From positions 39,561 through 103,560 of the IMG/VR virus record IMGVR_UViG_3300042356_001708: a stretch of 64,000 nucleotides of DNA; one strand, written 5' to 3'. The DNA is from a virus. The position numbers and the translations under genes are program-made. The notes beneath the pieces were generated by a model that was not told the origin of the DNA, did not search any database, and saw only the letters and a program-made list of their open reading frames with translations. Shown in pieces: positions 50,340-61,133 of the stretch; position 1 is the stretch's first letter, and each line of letters begins with the position of its first letter.

Positions 50340-52093
50340 TGGGTGGTTATGAAAATATAGAGATACTTTTAGGTTCTGCAAAATTTGCAACGAGTCCTAA
50401 TCGTAATATGAGAATAACTCCATTTTTGGATGGTAAAATTCAGGAACTTGAAGAATATGATAGGTCGGCAATTATAAATTTACCCGAACTTTATAATTCC
50501 GAAAGGCAGGAGTGTTCAATATTTAGACCATCGTTTTCAACCAAAGTAATTTTTTACAACGCTTATACTGGGACAACTAATATCAATGGAACAAGTTATG
50601 GTCCGTTTTTAAATGAATTATTGTATACTGATGCTGAGAATTCAATAGTTGGAGGAACTCATCCAGGGACTTGGTATGGATATCCACCATATAAAGAATT
50701 TAATTTTTATAGAAACGATACTGATAGTGTTCATGTTGATTTTGCAACAAAATCTGCATTGACTTACAATTGGGGATATTATCTAAGTTATGCTTTTGAA
50801 AATAACTCAGGAAAAACATTCCAACATTATTTCTCTCCAACCAATTCAATTACTTGGACTTGTTCCGAAGGGATTCCATTTATTATTTCAAGGCAAGAAA
50901 TGAACGGAAGGGTTTTCATAGTGTTTAGATGTCCGATGAAACATAATTTGCTAAAAGGTGATTATGTTGAAATTGAGTTCCAAGGTGGGTGGGACGGTAT
51001 TAATGGGAATAAGTATTTCCAAGTTGATATGTTAGGAACTGAAAGTTATGGTAGTGATGAGATAATTTTTAACATTCAGGATATCGGTTACGATAGTCCA
51101 TTTTTCGCAAACTCCTCAATTGGATTATTTAAGAAGGTTGTTGATATTACCAACCCTGAGGATACTAAATCAATCTACTACGTTAGAAGACATAAAATAC
51201 TGACTAACACACAGGATTCAATACCATTAAAAGCTGCGTTTTCACAGAACGGGTTCTTTAGTAAGAAAAAATTTTTGACGAGCGCTTTAACGCCTAATTA
51301 TGTTTCTAGAGTTGTAGAACAAGACGGGTCTCAAAACTTCAACATTACTTTTTCTAAAGACATTATAATATCAGGATATACTGATAATTTAAACCGACCA
51401 TTAAGTGAACTTTATTTAACAATAATTAATAAGGGATATTTTGGATGGTTTAACCGACCAAGACCCAACACTACAACTAATTCTGCCTTAAAACAAGGTC
51501 ATAAATTTAACATATCGTTTACCTCTGGAAATTGGTGGGACGACAACAATTTGTTGAACGATACTAATATTGGAACAAATTCATATACTAAAACATTTAA
51601 TGGTGAAAATTATGAATTTTATTATAATCAAGATTTAGTAAGTGGTGATACTATAGATGGAGATTTTTGTGAATATAATAGTTATTTGCAAGAAGAAAGT
51701 GTAATATCTGAATTTTATCATAAGTTTGAATTTAACAATTTGTTGTTTGATATAACATTTAGTGCGTCAACCAATAGAAACGGTTATTATTACAAACCAC
51801 ATAATGGTGTTACGATTAATGTATTTTCTGATTACATTGAGGAGAGTAATGTTTTAGGGATTTTAAATGTTCCACCATACGCCTTTTATTCTGAAACCTT
51901 GGGGACCCTAAGATGGAGAGACATTTACCCTTATGGTTATGTTGACTCAAACGGGAGAGGGGTTAATTTCCCATATATGAATAATGCTCATTATCCGTTA
52001 CAGAATATAGATTTTAAAATATATCCTGAAAATAACATAAACGAATTTGTATTTGGTGCGATACAATTACCTACAGTTGATGATTGTGAATAA
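50339..52093 (+). CDS. Putative baseplate/tail structural protein
   Basis: Translationally coupled (TAATG); WRDIYPYGYVD..G.GVNFPY.NNAHY near the C-terminus. Confidence 0.55.
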   Translation: MGGYENIEILLGSAKFATSPNRNMRITPFLDGKIQELEEYDRSAIINLPELYNSERQECSIFRPSFSTKVIFYNAYTGTTNINGTSYGPFLNELLYTDAENSIVGGTHPGTWYGYPPYKEFNFYRNDTDSVHVDFATKSALTYNWGYYLSYAFENNSGKTFQHYFSPTNSITWTCSEGIPFIISRQEMNGRVFIVFRCPMKHNLLKGDYVEIEFQGGWDGINGNKYFQVDMLGTESYGSDEIIFNIQDIGYDSPFFANSSIGLFKKVVDITNPEDTKSIYYVRRHKILTNTQDSIPLKAAFSQNGFFSKKKFLTSALTPNYVSRVVEQDGSQNFNITFSKDIIISGYTDNLNRPLSELYLTIINKGYFGWFNRPRPNTTTNSALKQGHKFNISFTSGNWWDDNNLLNDTNIGTNSYTKTFNGENYEFYYNQDLVSGDTIDGDFCEYNSYLQEESVISEFYHKFEFNNLLFDITFSASTNRNGYYYKPHNGVTINVFSDYIEESNVLGILNVPPYAFYSETLGTLRWRDIYPYGYVDSNGRGVNFPYMNNAHYPLQNIDFKIYPENNINEFVFGAIQLPTVDDCE

Positions 52094-52865
52094 ATTTAAA
52101 ATATTAGTAAATGACAACGATAGGGAGATAGTAATTCCTGTTGAAACAAATGAAGATTATTTAGACCAACTAAATAATATTGAGAACTATGATGACCAAG
52201 TAGTTAAGAGGGTTATTAACCCCAACGAAGATTACGAAGTTGCTAGATTTACTCACGCTCAACATGATGAATCATTAAGGACTGACGTTAATTATCAATT
52301 TTTTTTCACACCTACAGGGTCAACCCCATCAAATATAAATTATGTTAATTCATATGTTAGTGAAGGGTTTACACCCCAACAAATTTATTATTTTTCAAAT
52401 CCATTTAGAAACTCATTTTTTAAATTGGATTTTTACGATACCACTCAAGATACTAATCAAATTAATTACATTACAATAATATTACCTACAACTCAAGGAG
52501 AAACAGAACCTGCAGTTGTTGGAGTTAATAATGTGAATGTTAAAATACCAAAGTATAAATTAGATTTTTTAGGTGATAAAGAAGGGTTTTTCCTATATTG
52601 GTTACGAAGTACCCAATACCTAAACATATCTACTTTTTATATGAGTGCAAAGTTTTTTGATGCAAAATTAGGGATTTTTGTAAAGTTTATGAATGCTCCA
52701 CAAAATTCAATTGGAAGTGGGAATTCAAATTTTAATCCTTCAAATTATTTTTATTATAAGGTTGTTTTAGATTATGAAACTCTAACCTATAAAATTTTTA
52801 CATTAGATGATGTGAGAGTTGGAGAAACAACCCCAATAACCTGGTATGAATATGTTAACCCATAA
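52080..52865 (+). CDS. Putative structural protein
   Basis: Start probably ATG 52080 or GTG 52086; SFFKLDFYD, FYMSAKFFDAK. Confidence 0.55.
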   Translation: MIVNKFKILVNDNDREIVIPVETNEDYLDQLNNIENYDDQVVKRVINPNEDYEVARFTHAQHDESLRTDVNYQFFFTPTGSTPSNINYVNSYVSEGFTPQQIYYFSNPFRNSFFKLDFYDTTQDTNQINYITIILPTTQGETEPAVVGVNNVNVKIPKYKLDFLGDKEGFFLYWLRSTQYLNISTFYMSAKFFDAKLGIFVKFMNAPQNSIGSGNSNFNPSNYFYYKVVLDYETLTYKIFTLDDVRVGETTPITWYEYVNP

Positions 52866-54019
52866 TGGATAATCAAAATAAATATTATTTTAAAATATCT
52901 CCTGAAGTTATATTGAATAAAATTTTCACTATTCAATATCCATCGGGAACAACAAGTAATCAGTTAGATGAAGACCCTTGTTGTGAAGTTACTGCAACAA
53001 CTACTACGGTTGTTGATTATGGGTATGCTACAGTATATTCTTCTATGACTCAGTTGTTAAGTGGGGGAACTAATGGAGAATCAACTCTTACAGATTTATC
53101 GGTTCCAATTCTCTTGTTAGAAAGTGCTGTAGACTACGGACATTATTCAGTGTTTGATGGTGCGATTTCACAAAAAGAAGTGGTGTGTAATTTTATATTT
53201 TCCGCAAGTTCGGCCAATCCGTACACAGTAATTGTTTATAATACTTCCAATAATCTTTCAAATTTTATACAACAAACAACTTTTCAAATTGACTGGGGGG
53301 ATGGGTATGTTGAGGATATTAATACGTTTACACCTGAAAACTTAACACACACTTATAATAATTTTGGGGGACCTGTAACGTATATGATAAATTTAATACA
53401 GACGACTCCTTGGGGAATTAATTCTGTGGTTAAATATTTAGAAATACCTTATACGGGTGTGACAGTGGATAATCCGAACGGTACTGCATATTTCACACCT
53501 ATGAATGGTAATTGGGCTGATACATCAGTATCTTATGACTACATTTTTTCAGGAGATGCTGTAAATTTAGTAAGTGACCAAGTTAGTGGTAATTATATTG
53601 ATACTCCTTTCTTAATCACTGCTCAAACATCATCAAGATTATCAGAGTTAAGAAGTTACGGACCTCAAAAATACCGACAAACTCTAATAATCCAAAATGG
53701 TGAACCTTTTGGACAGATAACTGAAATAAATGAAAACTATACTGCTTATACAATCCAAAATAGTAGTTACGTTGATTTTACTGACGGAGCAACGATACAG
53801 GTGTTTGAATCATTTGGTTTAATTGATACTTGGTTAGTTCAAGAACCAATTGTGAAAGAAGAAGAATTAATTAATGTTGCATTTGAGCCCGAAATACAAA
53901 CGAATGTATTTATTGATAGAGGAAAAAATTCAGGACTTGAGAAAACAGAGAGATTAAATGAGGTGGATAGTATTGGGGACTTGGAAAAATATGGATATAA
54001 ATTTTTTAAATTTAGTTAA
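52865..54019 (+). CDS. Structural protein with a PKD-like Ig domain
   Basis: FQIDWGDG...LTHTY. Confidence 0.6.
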   Translation: MDNQNKYYFKISPEVILNKIFTIQYPSGTTSNQLDEDPCCEVTATTTTVVDYGYATVYSSMTQLLSGGTNGESTLTDLSVPILLLESAVDYGHYSVFDGAISQKEVVCNFIFSASSANPYTVIVYNTSNNLSNFIQQTTFQIDWGDGYVEDINTFTPENLTHTYNNFGGPVTYMINLIQTTPWGINSVVKYLEIPYTGVTVDNPNGTAYFTPMNGNWADTSVSYDYIFSGDAVNLVSDQVSGNYIDTPFLITAQTSSRLSELRSYGPQKYRQTLIIQNGEPFGQITEINENYTAYTIQNSSYVDFTDGATIQVFESFGLIDTWLVQEPIVKEEELINVAFEPEIQTNVFIDRGKNSGLEKTERLNEVDSIGDLEKYGYKFFKFS

Positions 54020-54021
54020 AA

Positions 54022-54930
54022 ATGGCAGTAGGTTCATATGGAACAATTAGACCAGCGGATGTCTCACCGGCAGATATTGAGGTAATATTAAATTACACCC
54101 CATCAAGGGATGTGACTAGTAATTTTATTCTGAAAAAATTAGATGCGAGAACAATTATTAGACCTTACTTTAATAATGGTGACACTGGAGGGAATCCTAA
54201 TATTGAGATATTAGGGGGGTTATATAATCTAACATTACCATCGTCTGAATTTAATAAGTTAGGTATCTATACTTTATATATAAGACCTGCACAAATCAGA
54301 ACTACAATAACGGATTGTGGAGTTTTGACCTCGTTACCAAACATTAAGGGGATTGTTATTGACATAAGTAATGTTCCTAATGAATTCCAAAATAAATTCA
54401 TTCCTCAAGAGTTGGTTGGACATCGTGTTGAATACCTAAGAGATTCAGGAGCTAAAATACCTAACTTTTTTAGATTAATCACATCAAATTTTTATTGTGA
54501 GGCGGTTACTGAAAATTTAGTTAACTCAGTACAAAAAGCTGTTAGATATAGATATACGGATTCTAAAACTAATTTGATGTTTTGTACTTTATCTCCATCT
54601 TCAGCACCTACTTCAAAACCAAATGCAACTCCATTTATCGGACAACCCGGACAAAATATAATAATTAGTAATACATTTTTTAACCCAACTTCTGTTGAAG
54701 TTGAGATGGTTGAACACGATGCTTCCACATTGGCAATTGCCTTGTTTGGTAATCAAACAAAATCTATTGATGATGGTATCTACACAATGTATGATAGTGG
54801 TAATAACATTTATAAACAATACAATTTGTTTGAAGTAAGAGACCAATATAATAAATTGTTATTTGAAGTTAGACAAGATAGAAATAATAACATTGACTTT
54901 AGTAAAAACTTTAACAATATAGTTCAGTAA
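54022..54930 (+). CDS. Putative structural protein
   Basis: In the same operon as the baseplate genes; no recognisable catalytic motif. Confidence 0.55.
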   Translation: MAVGSYGTIRPADVSPADIEVILNYTPSRDVTSNFILKKLDARTIIRPYFNNGDTGGNPNIEILGGLYNLTLPSSEFNKLGIYTLYIRPAQIRTTITDCGVLTSLPNIKGIVIDISNVPNEFQNKFIPQELVGHRVEYLRDSGAKIPNFFRLITSNFYCEAVTENLVNSVQKAVRYRYTDSKTNLMFCTLSPSSAPTSKPNATPFIGQPGQNIIISNTFFNPTSVEVEMVEHDASTLAIALFGNQTKSIDDGIYTMYDSGNNIYKQYNLFEVRDQYNKLLFEVRQDRNNNIDFSKNFNNIVQ

Positions 54931-57875
54931 TGGCGAGAAAGTTATATAGATATCCACCGAGACCATCTAGCGGAGCTGGCACGTTTTCGGATAATATTGT
55001 TGGATTCCAAGTGGTTGATGGGGGAGGTCTAACTCAAGGTAATTTTGAGTTTACGTCAAGTTTAACTGAAAAGGTTAACCGAACTTTCTCAATTGGAGCA
55101 TTTTCATCACCAATAACATTAGATAATTTACAGATAGAGTCTGTTGAGGAAACTAAACGAATTGTTGCTAAAGAATTTGGAGTTTATCCAAATTTTGACT
55201 TATCTAATGTAACTAAGTTCTCAACATATGGACCATTAACCAAAAGATTTGCATCTTCAATTACACATATTATTAATTATTTTCCTGCAGCAATTGAGTT
55301 ATATGCTTTAGGGGGTGATTTTATATCGGGTTATACTGCGGTTAACATTGAGTTTGATATTGAAGAAGATACGTCAACTTTTAGTATTCCGATTGGTAAG
55401 ATAAGTAATCCATTTGAAATTGATTTTACGTCTAATTCTACTAGAAATATTGAAACTAAAGAATTTGAGGTTTCATATCTGAGAAATATGACATTAGAGT
55501 ATAGTAAGTATGCGGTATATGTCAGAGATATCCAATACGAGATATTAAACATGACCCCAACTACTAGTTTAACTAGTGGTTATCTTAATTTAACTGTTGC
55601 AGGTAATCCATTTTCAGGTGAAGTTAATTCTTACGAAACTCTAATAATTAAACCTAACGATTATTACACCGAAGTTGCATTTACTGAACCGTTTGATGAA
55701 ATTGAGAAATATCTGTTAAATAGATTAGTAACTCCCAAATACAGTGCTATTTTCCAAGTTCCAAAACAAAATGACAACGGCTCAACATTTGTTGGTACTG
55801 AAACTGCCACTTGGCCATTGTACGGAAAATGGAATTTGGATATTATTACAAATAATTTCACATCGTATATTAACCAAATTAATACTATCGCTACAAATTT
55901 TGATAACTCAAAGACAAATTTAATTTCAAGATTTTTAGTAACGGACGCCTTTAAAGAATTTGATACTTACGACCAAAGAGTTGATAAAGTATTACATATA
56001 TATGGTAGAAGTTTTGATGAAGTTAAAAAATTCATTGACGCACTTGCGTATATGAATTCTGTAAATTATAATACTAAGAATGATATACCATCGGAACTAC
56101 TTAAAAATTTGTCACAAACATTAGGATGGAATATAAACGTATCTCCTGTGACTGAAGAAGATTTTTTGAAGTCGGTATTTGGGAATGATACTAAGTCCCC
56201 ATATCCTGGAATGTCAAGAAGTTTAACACCAAGTGAAATTAACTATCAATTTTATAAAAATTTAATTCTTAATTCGGCGTACCTATTTAAATCAAAAGGT
56301 ACGAGAAGAGCGTTAGAATTCTTATTAAGATTGGTTGGAGCTCCTGAAGCGTTAATTGAGTTTAATGAGACAGTTTATCTTGCTGACCAAAAAATTAATA
56401 TGAGAGATTTTAGAACTGAGTGGGCTAAAATATCTGGAGGAACTAAACTTGAAGAGACAATTAGTTTTAATCCTAATGACACATATTCAATTTTTGGACA
56501 AACTTTTTCAGGATATACTGCGACCACAAATGTTGTAACGGTAGATACTTTAGAAGGGGATTACCCTATAGATGAAGAGGGATACCCAAAAACACCTGCA
56601 AACACTAGTTCATTCTTCTTTCAGTTAGGTGCTGGTTGGTATGAGTTAACACCCCCTCACCAAAGTAATCAGGATGTTAATAATACCGAATCTGTATTCA
56701 CGGGGCAAAACACTAATGTTCAAACTGATTTTAAAAAATTCACTTATGGACAACAATATCTTGATAGATTTAGAAATTTCCCATATATGGATTTAGGTTT
56801 TAAATTAACCAAAATTAGTGATAATAAAAAGAGTTGGTCGTTTAGAGATAAAACTAGAATATCTAATGATGGAGGGTTTAATGCATTCTACTATGCAAAT
56901 GACGAGAGATTAGTATTGAACGTCAAAAACATTGATTTATTCATGAATCCTGCTGCGGGTCTTGTATTTGATGTGTGGACCATGTCATCAAAATATGGAT
57001 ATCCGATTTCAAATAATACAACACAACAAGTTTATGGTAATGGGATGAGGGTGACATCAAGTGTCCCACCTAATAAACAATCATTTTTTGAATTTGCTAA
57101 CACATTTTGGCAAAATAAAGTAAATGTTGCAAACCGACAAATATCAAGTGGTTATGATGACGTGTCATTAATTTATTGGAGGTATTTGGAATCTGCAAAT
57201 CAAGTTGGTATTCCTAATGATAATTTCACATATCAAAAATTAATTGATTATGTTAAAAATTTAGGTACGTATTGGCCAAAATTAGCGGAACAACTAATCC
57301 CATCGTCAACTATTTGGAATACGGGTATTAAATATAGTAACGCCCCATTCCAAAGACAAAAACACACATATAAGATTCCAAGAAGTTGTAGTGCGTTTAT
57401 TCCTCCGACACTTTGTAAACCCTGTATTATTGATGGGGATTTATTTTTACATGGAGCATGTCAGGGAGTAACATCATTTCCAATTTTTCCTTGGTTAAAT
57501 GGAACGACTAGTTACACAAGTTTCCAATCATTGTTAAATGAAATAATTTTTAATTACGTTTCTCAGAAAATATCGCAAGGGTATACATGTAATCAAAATT
57601 CTGTCTCAACAACATGGAAGATGATAGTGTCAATAGATGGTATTGATGTAATTTCAAGTATTATATATAATGGCAATGGACCTACGGATACTCCAAGTAA
57701 TTCGGATTGGACCAATGCTTTAAATCAATATTTACCGAATTTGGTTAGTTATGGTTATACTTTTGAGATTATTGATAGTAATGTTTTAATAAAGTATTTA
57801 GGATTTAGTCCTATTGCGAATAGTAGTAGTATTGAAATAAAATTAAACGTAGATTTTAGTATAAGTTGTAGTTAA
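54930..57875 (+). CDS. Baseplate wedge protein with a P2 gpI/T4 gp7-like core
   Basis: IPSELLKNLSQTLGW...YLFKSKGTRRALEFLLRLVG...E. Confidence 0.65.
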   Translation: MARKLYRYPPRPSSGAGTFSDNIVGFQVVDGGGLTQGNFEFTSSLTEKVNRTFSIGAFSSPITLDNLQIESVEETKRIVAKEFGVYPNFDLSNVTKFSTYGPLTKRFASSITHIINYFPAAIELYALGGDFISGYTAVNIEFDIEEDTSTFSIPIGKISNPFEIDFTSNSTRNIETKEFEVSYLRNMTLEYSKYAVYVRDIQYEILNMTPTTSLTSGYLNLTVAGNPFSGEVNSYETLIIKPNDYYTEVAFTEPFDEIEKYLLNRLVTPKYSAIFQVPKQNDNGSTFVGTETATWPLYGKWNLDIITNNFTSYINQINTIATNFDNSKTNLISRFLVTDAFKEFDTYDQRVDKVLHIYGRSFDEVKKFIDALAYMNSVNYNTKNDIPSELLKNLSQTLGWNINVSPVTEEDFLKSVFGNDTKSPYPGMSRSLTPSEINYQFYKNLILNSAYLFKSKGTRRALEFLLRLVGAPEALIEFNETVYLADQKINMRDFRTEWAKISGGTKLEETISFNPNDTYSIFGQTFSGYTATTNVVTVDTLEGDYPIDEEGYPKTPANTSSFFFQLGAGWYELTPPHQSNQDVNNTESVFTGQNTNVQTDFKKFTYGQQYLDRFRNFPYMDLGFKLTKISDNKKSWSFRDKTRISNDGGFNAFYYANDERLVLNVKNIDLFMNPAAGLVFDVWTMSSKYGYPISNNTTQQVYGNGMRVTSSVPPNKQSFFEFANTFWQNKVNVANRQISSGYDDVSLIYWRYLESANQVGIPNDNFTYQKLIDYVKNLGTYWPKLAEQLIPSSTIWNTGIKYSNAPFQRQKHTYKIPRSCSAFIPPTLCKPCIIDGDLFLHGACQGVTSFPIFPWLNGTTSYTSFQSLLNEIIFNYVSQKISQGYTCNQNSVSTTWKMIVSIDGIDVISSIIYNGNGPTDTPSNSDWTNALNQYLPNLVSYGYTFEIIDSNVLIKYLGFSPIANSSSIEIKLNVDFSISCS

Positions 57876-60800
57876 TGGCACAGAATGTAATTGGTTTAGA
57901 AATCCTTGGATTAACCGGATGTTGTGATGGTAATATTTTATGTAGTAGTGGTGCTGCGACACTTAACATATTAACTGGTAGTGGCCCATTTGTTGCACAA
58001 ATTATTTCACCATATGTTGGAACTTCAGTTTTATTAGTTAGAGAGGCCTATACTTTCACAGGGTTATCTGCAGGTACATATACAATATTTGTTAGTGATT
58101 ATGACACTCCAGTAAATAATACGGCAACAATTGATTTTTATATTTCATCAGGAATATCGGCAAATACAATTGCTGTTGATAGCACTTGTGGTTTAAATAA
58201 TGGGGAAATTGAAATCACATTATCACCAAATTTAGGTAATTCAAATACCTTTAGTTTGTACGATGTAGATGATACTTTATTATCTGTAACACAATCAACA
58301 GACAATCCATACACAATATCAGGATTATCACCGAATGCTTATTATGTTATTATAGAAGATGGTGGAGGATGTAGTGCCAACACAGGAACTATGGTTATTG
58401 ATAGTTCTTATGGTAGTTTATCAATTAACGCTGAAGTTACTAATACATCACCATGTGCTTTAACCCCAAATGGTGAAATTTTATTAACACTATATAATGA
58501 AATACCTCCTGTTACAGTTACTTGGTCAACTAATGTTGGTGTACAGTCAAGTGATTATAATTTAACAGGATTAACAAATACAAATTATGTTGTAACAGTT
58601 AGTGATGGTTCAGGTTGTGAAGTTACTCAAACTGTTATAGTTGGGTTAGACGATAGATTAGGAATTGCGGAATTTTCATTCACAAATCCATCTTGTTTTT
58701 TAAGTGATGGCGTTGTTAATATAACATTATCAGGAGGTTCTTTACCTATCACATATTACACGTCAAATGGCTCAACATTTACAAGTGGTAGAACGGTATC
58801 ATTTACAGGTTTATCTTCAGGGGCGTTTAGTTTTACGGGAGTAAGTAGTACTTGTAATGTAAGTCAAACCTTTAATTTACAAACTGCAAATTCATTCGGA
58901 GTAATTTCGTCAAATAATGGATTTAGAGATTGTTCAAATAATAGTGGGTTTATATCAACCACAATTAATGGGGGAGGTGCTCCGTTATCCGCATCCTGTG
59001 TTAGTAACAACGGATTTGTTTCTACCCAATCCAATTTACCTGCAAATTCTACAATTACTTTTGGTAGTTTAACTGCTGGGACGTATACAATTAGTATCAC
59101 TGATGCGACATCCGCCTGTACTTACACTGATACTATAACTTTAACTCAAGATTTAGGATTTGATTTTGAACTTATACCTACTAACACCACTTGTGGAATT
59201 AATAATGGGACCTGTTTTATTGATATTACAACAACAATAACTGGACAAACATTCACTTTGGGGTTATCTAACGGAGCGACTATAAGAAATTTAACAACTG
59301 ATTACACCTTACAAAATATCCCACAAGGAAGTTACGGGGTAACGTTAACAAATAATTCAGGTTGTTCTATAACTAAAAATTTTACAGTAGGTGGTTCAAA
59401 TGGAGTTGATTTTAATTTAGTTAATTCAGGATGTTTACCACAAGGAACATTAACCGCATTTATTAATAGTGGGACACCTCCTTATACATTAACTTGGGAG
59501 GGAGATGTTTCGGGTCAAACAGGATTTGCGGTTTACAATTTAAGTAATGGAAATTATGGATTAACAGTCACAGATTCACAAGGATGCTCAACAAGAAAAA
59601 CCGTAACAGTAAAATGTGAATTAAGAGAAGTTACAACATATAGTTATGATTTCGGTAGTGGTGATTTTGTTTGTGGAAATGATGATACTGTAGGATTTTT
59701 GCAGATGTTAAATCAAACATTTGTTGAATTAACTAACGGACAATCAAATTGTTTAATGAACCTGGCTTATTTTTATGTTGATATTGAAGTGGGAACTACT
59801 GCGACAACACTAGATTTATACACGTCTACATCTTTAACTGATGTTCCAACAAATTTACAGTATGCCCAGATTGTTCAAAATTATTTAAATAGTTTAGGAG
59901 TATTTGGAAGTTTAATTGTTGATTATGAAAGTGGAAGAATTGTTATAAATAGTTTGTGTGATAATCCTTTACAACCTTCTGATATAGTTAAAATCTCGGT
60001 TAGAATTTTAATGAATGTTACTTGTGACCAAGTAATACAAATAACACCAACACCAAGTATCACCCCAACATCAACATCAGGATTAATTCCTGTCCCATCA
60101 CCTGAAGTTAGTGTCACACCAACATTAACTCCTCAACCTTCCTTCACGCCAACAGTTACTCCAACAGTTACGGTTACCCCTACAAATACTGTAACACCTA
60201 CAAAAACGATTACCCCAACACCTTCAGACGCAAGTCCATGCTCAATTACTATTGATAGTATTAGTCCATCGGCTTGTGACCCAAATACCTCAACGTATTA
60301 CATTTCAGGAACTAATGTGGTTCATGTATCTAATCCACCATCAACAGGAACGTTAATAATTGCAAATGGATGTTCTCGTACACAAACAATTTATTATCCA
60401 CCATTTAGTTCTGATTACAATATATCATTTACAGATATTACTGCTGACGGTCAATACTGCTCAATATATGTTACATTTAGTGATGCTAACTGTAGTGCGT
60501 TGTATACATATAAAGCTCCTGATTATTGCAGTAATACACCAACACCAACGGTGACTCCTACTAAAACACCAACACCAACGGTGACTAAAACAGTTACTCC
60601 TACTGTAACTAAAACTCCTACAACCACACCCACTCCTACTGTAACTAAAACTCCTACAACTACACCTACACCGACAAAAACAACAATTACATTACCAACA
60701 CCTACAGTTACACCGACTAAGACAGTAACTCCAACGGTAACTAAGACAGTAACACCTACGGTCACTCCGACTAAAACACCAACACCAACACCAACTAAAA

Positions 60801-61075
60801 CATCACCAGCTTGTGAATGTTATAATGTTAATAATACTAACCCAAGCCCTGTGTCAATTACCTACATTGATTGTATAGATAGAGAGGTAATTATAACTGT
60901 TAATGGATTAACGACTAGTCCTAATTTCTGTGCTAAAGGATTCAAACCACCAACACCACCATTTAGAGTATCTTATAATAAGGTTGGAGCTTGTTCCGGA
61001 GGATTCTGTCTTACGACCCCAACACCAACACCAACAAAAACAAAAACACCAACCCCAACCTCGGTAAAGAAGTAA
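57875..61075 (+). CDS. SprB-repeat, Cys-rich fibre/adhesin-like protein with mucin-like Pro/Thr tracts
   Basis: Repeated units TCG..NG.I.I...G..P...W......L..G.Y.VTV.D..GC; PT tracts near the C-terminus. Confidence 0.75.
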   Translation: MAQNVIGLEILGLTGCCDGNILCSSGAATLNILTGSGPFVAQIISPYVGTSVLLVREAYTFTGLSAGTYTIFVSDYDTPVNNTATIDFYISSGISANTIAVDSTCGLNNGEIEITLSPNLGNSNTFSLYDVDDTLLSVTQSTDNPYTISGLSPNAYYVIIEDGGGCSANTGTMVIDSSYGSLSINAEVTNTSPCALTPNGEILLTLYNEIPPVTVTWSTNVGVQSSDYNLTGLTNTNYVVTVSDGSGCEVTQTVIVGLDDRLGIAEFSFTNPSCFLSDGVVNITLSGGSLPITYYTSNGSTFTSGRTVSFTGLSSGAFSFTGVSSTCNVSQTFNLQTANSFGVISSNNGFRDCSNNSGFISTTINGGGAPLSASCVSNNGFVSTQSNLPANSTITFGSLTAGTYTISITDATSACTYTDTITLTQDLGFDFELIPTNTTCGINNGTCFIDITTTITGQTFTLGLSNGATIRNLTTDYTLQNIPQGSYGVTLTNNSGCSITKNFTVGGSNGVDFNLVNSGCLPQGTLTAFINSGTPPYTLTWEGDVSGQTGFAVYNLSNGNYGLTVTDSQGCSTRKTVTVKCELREVTTYSYDFGSGDFVCGNDDTVGFLQMLNQTFVELTNGQSNCLMNLAYFYVDIEVGTTATTLDLYTSTSLTDVPTNLQYAQIVQNYLNSLGVFGSLIVDYESGRIVINSLCDNPLQPSDIVKISVRILMNVTCDQVIQITPTPSITPTSTSGLIPVPSPEVSVTPTLTPQPSFTPTVTPTVTVTPTNTVTPTKTITPTPSDASPCSITIDSISPSACDPNTSTYYISGTNVVHVSNPPSTGTLIIANGCSRTQTIYYPPFSSDYNISFTDITADGQYCSIYVTFSDANCSALYTYKAPDYCSNTPTPTVTPTKTPTPTVTKTVTPTVTKTPTTTPTPTVTKTPTTTPTPTKTTITLPTPTVTPTKTVTPTVTKTVTPTVTPTKTPTPTPTKTSPACECYNVNNTNPSPVSITYIDCIDREVIITVNGLTTSPNFCAKGFKPPTPPFRVSYNKVGACSGGFCLTTPTPTPTKTKTPTPTSVKK
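60535..60808 (+). repeat. Imperfect coding tandem repeats (TPTPTVTKTPT)
   Basis: acaccaacaccaacggtgact repeated with a 30-bp period; actcctactgtaactaaaactcctacaac repeated with a 36-bp period. Confidence 0.85.
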
Positions 61076-61133
61076 AAACTAGTTACAAAATTATTTGAGT
61101 TGATATATTTATGAAATAAAGAAATAATATATT

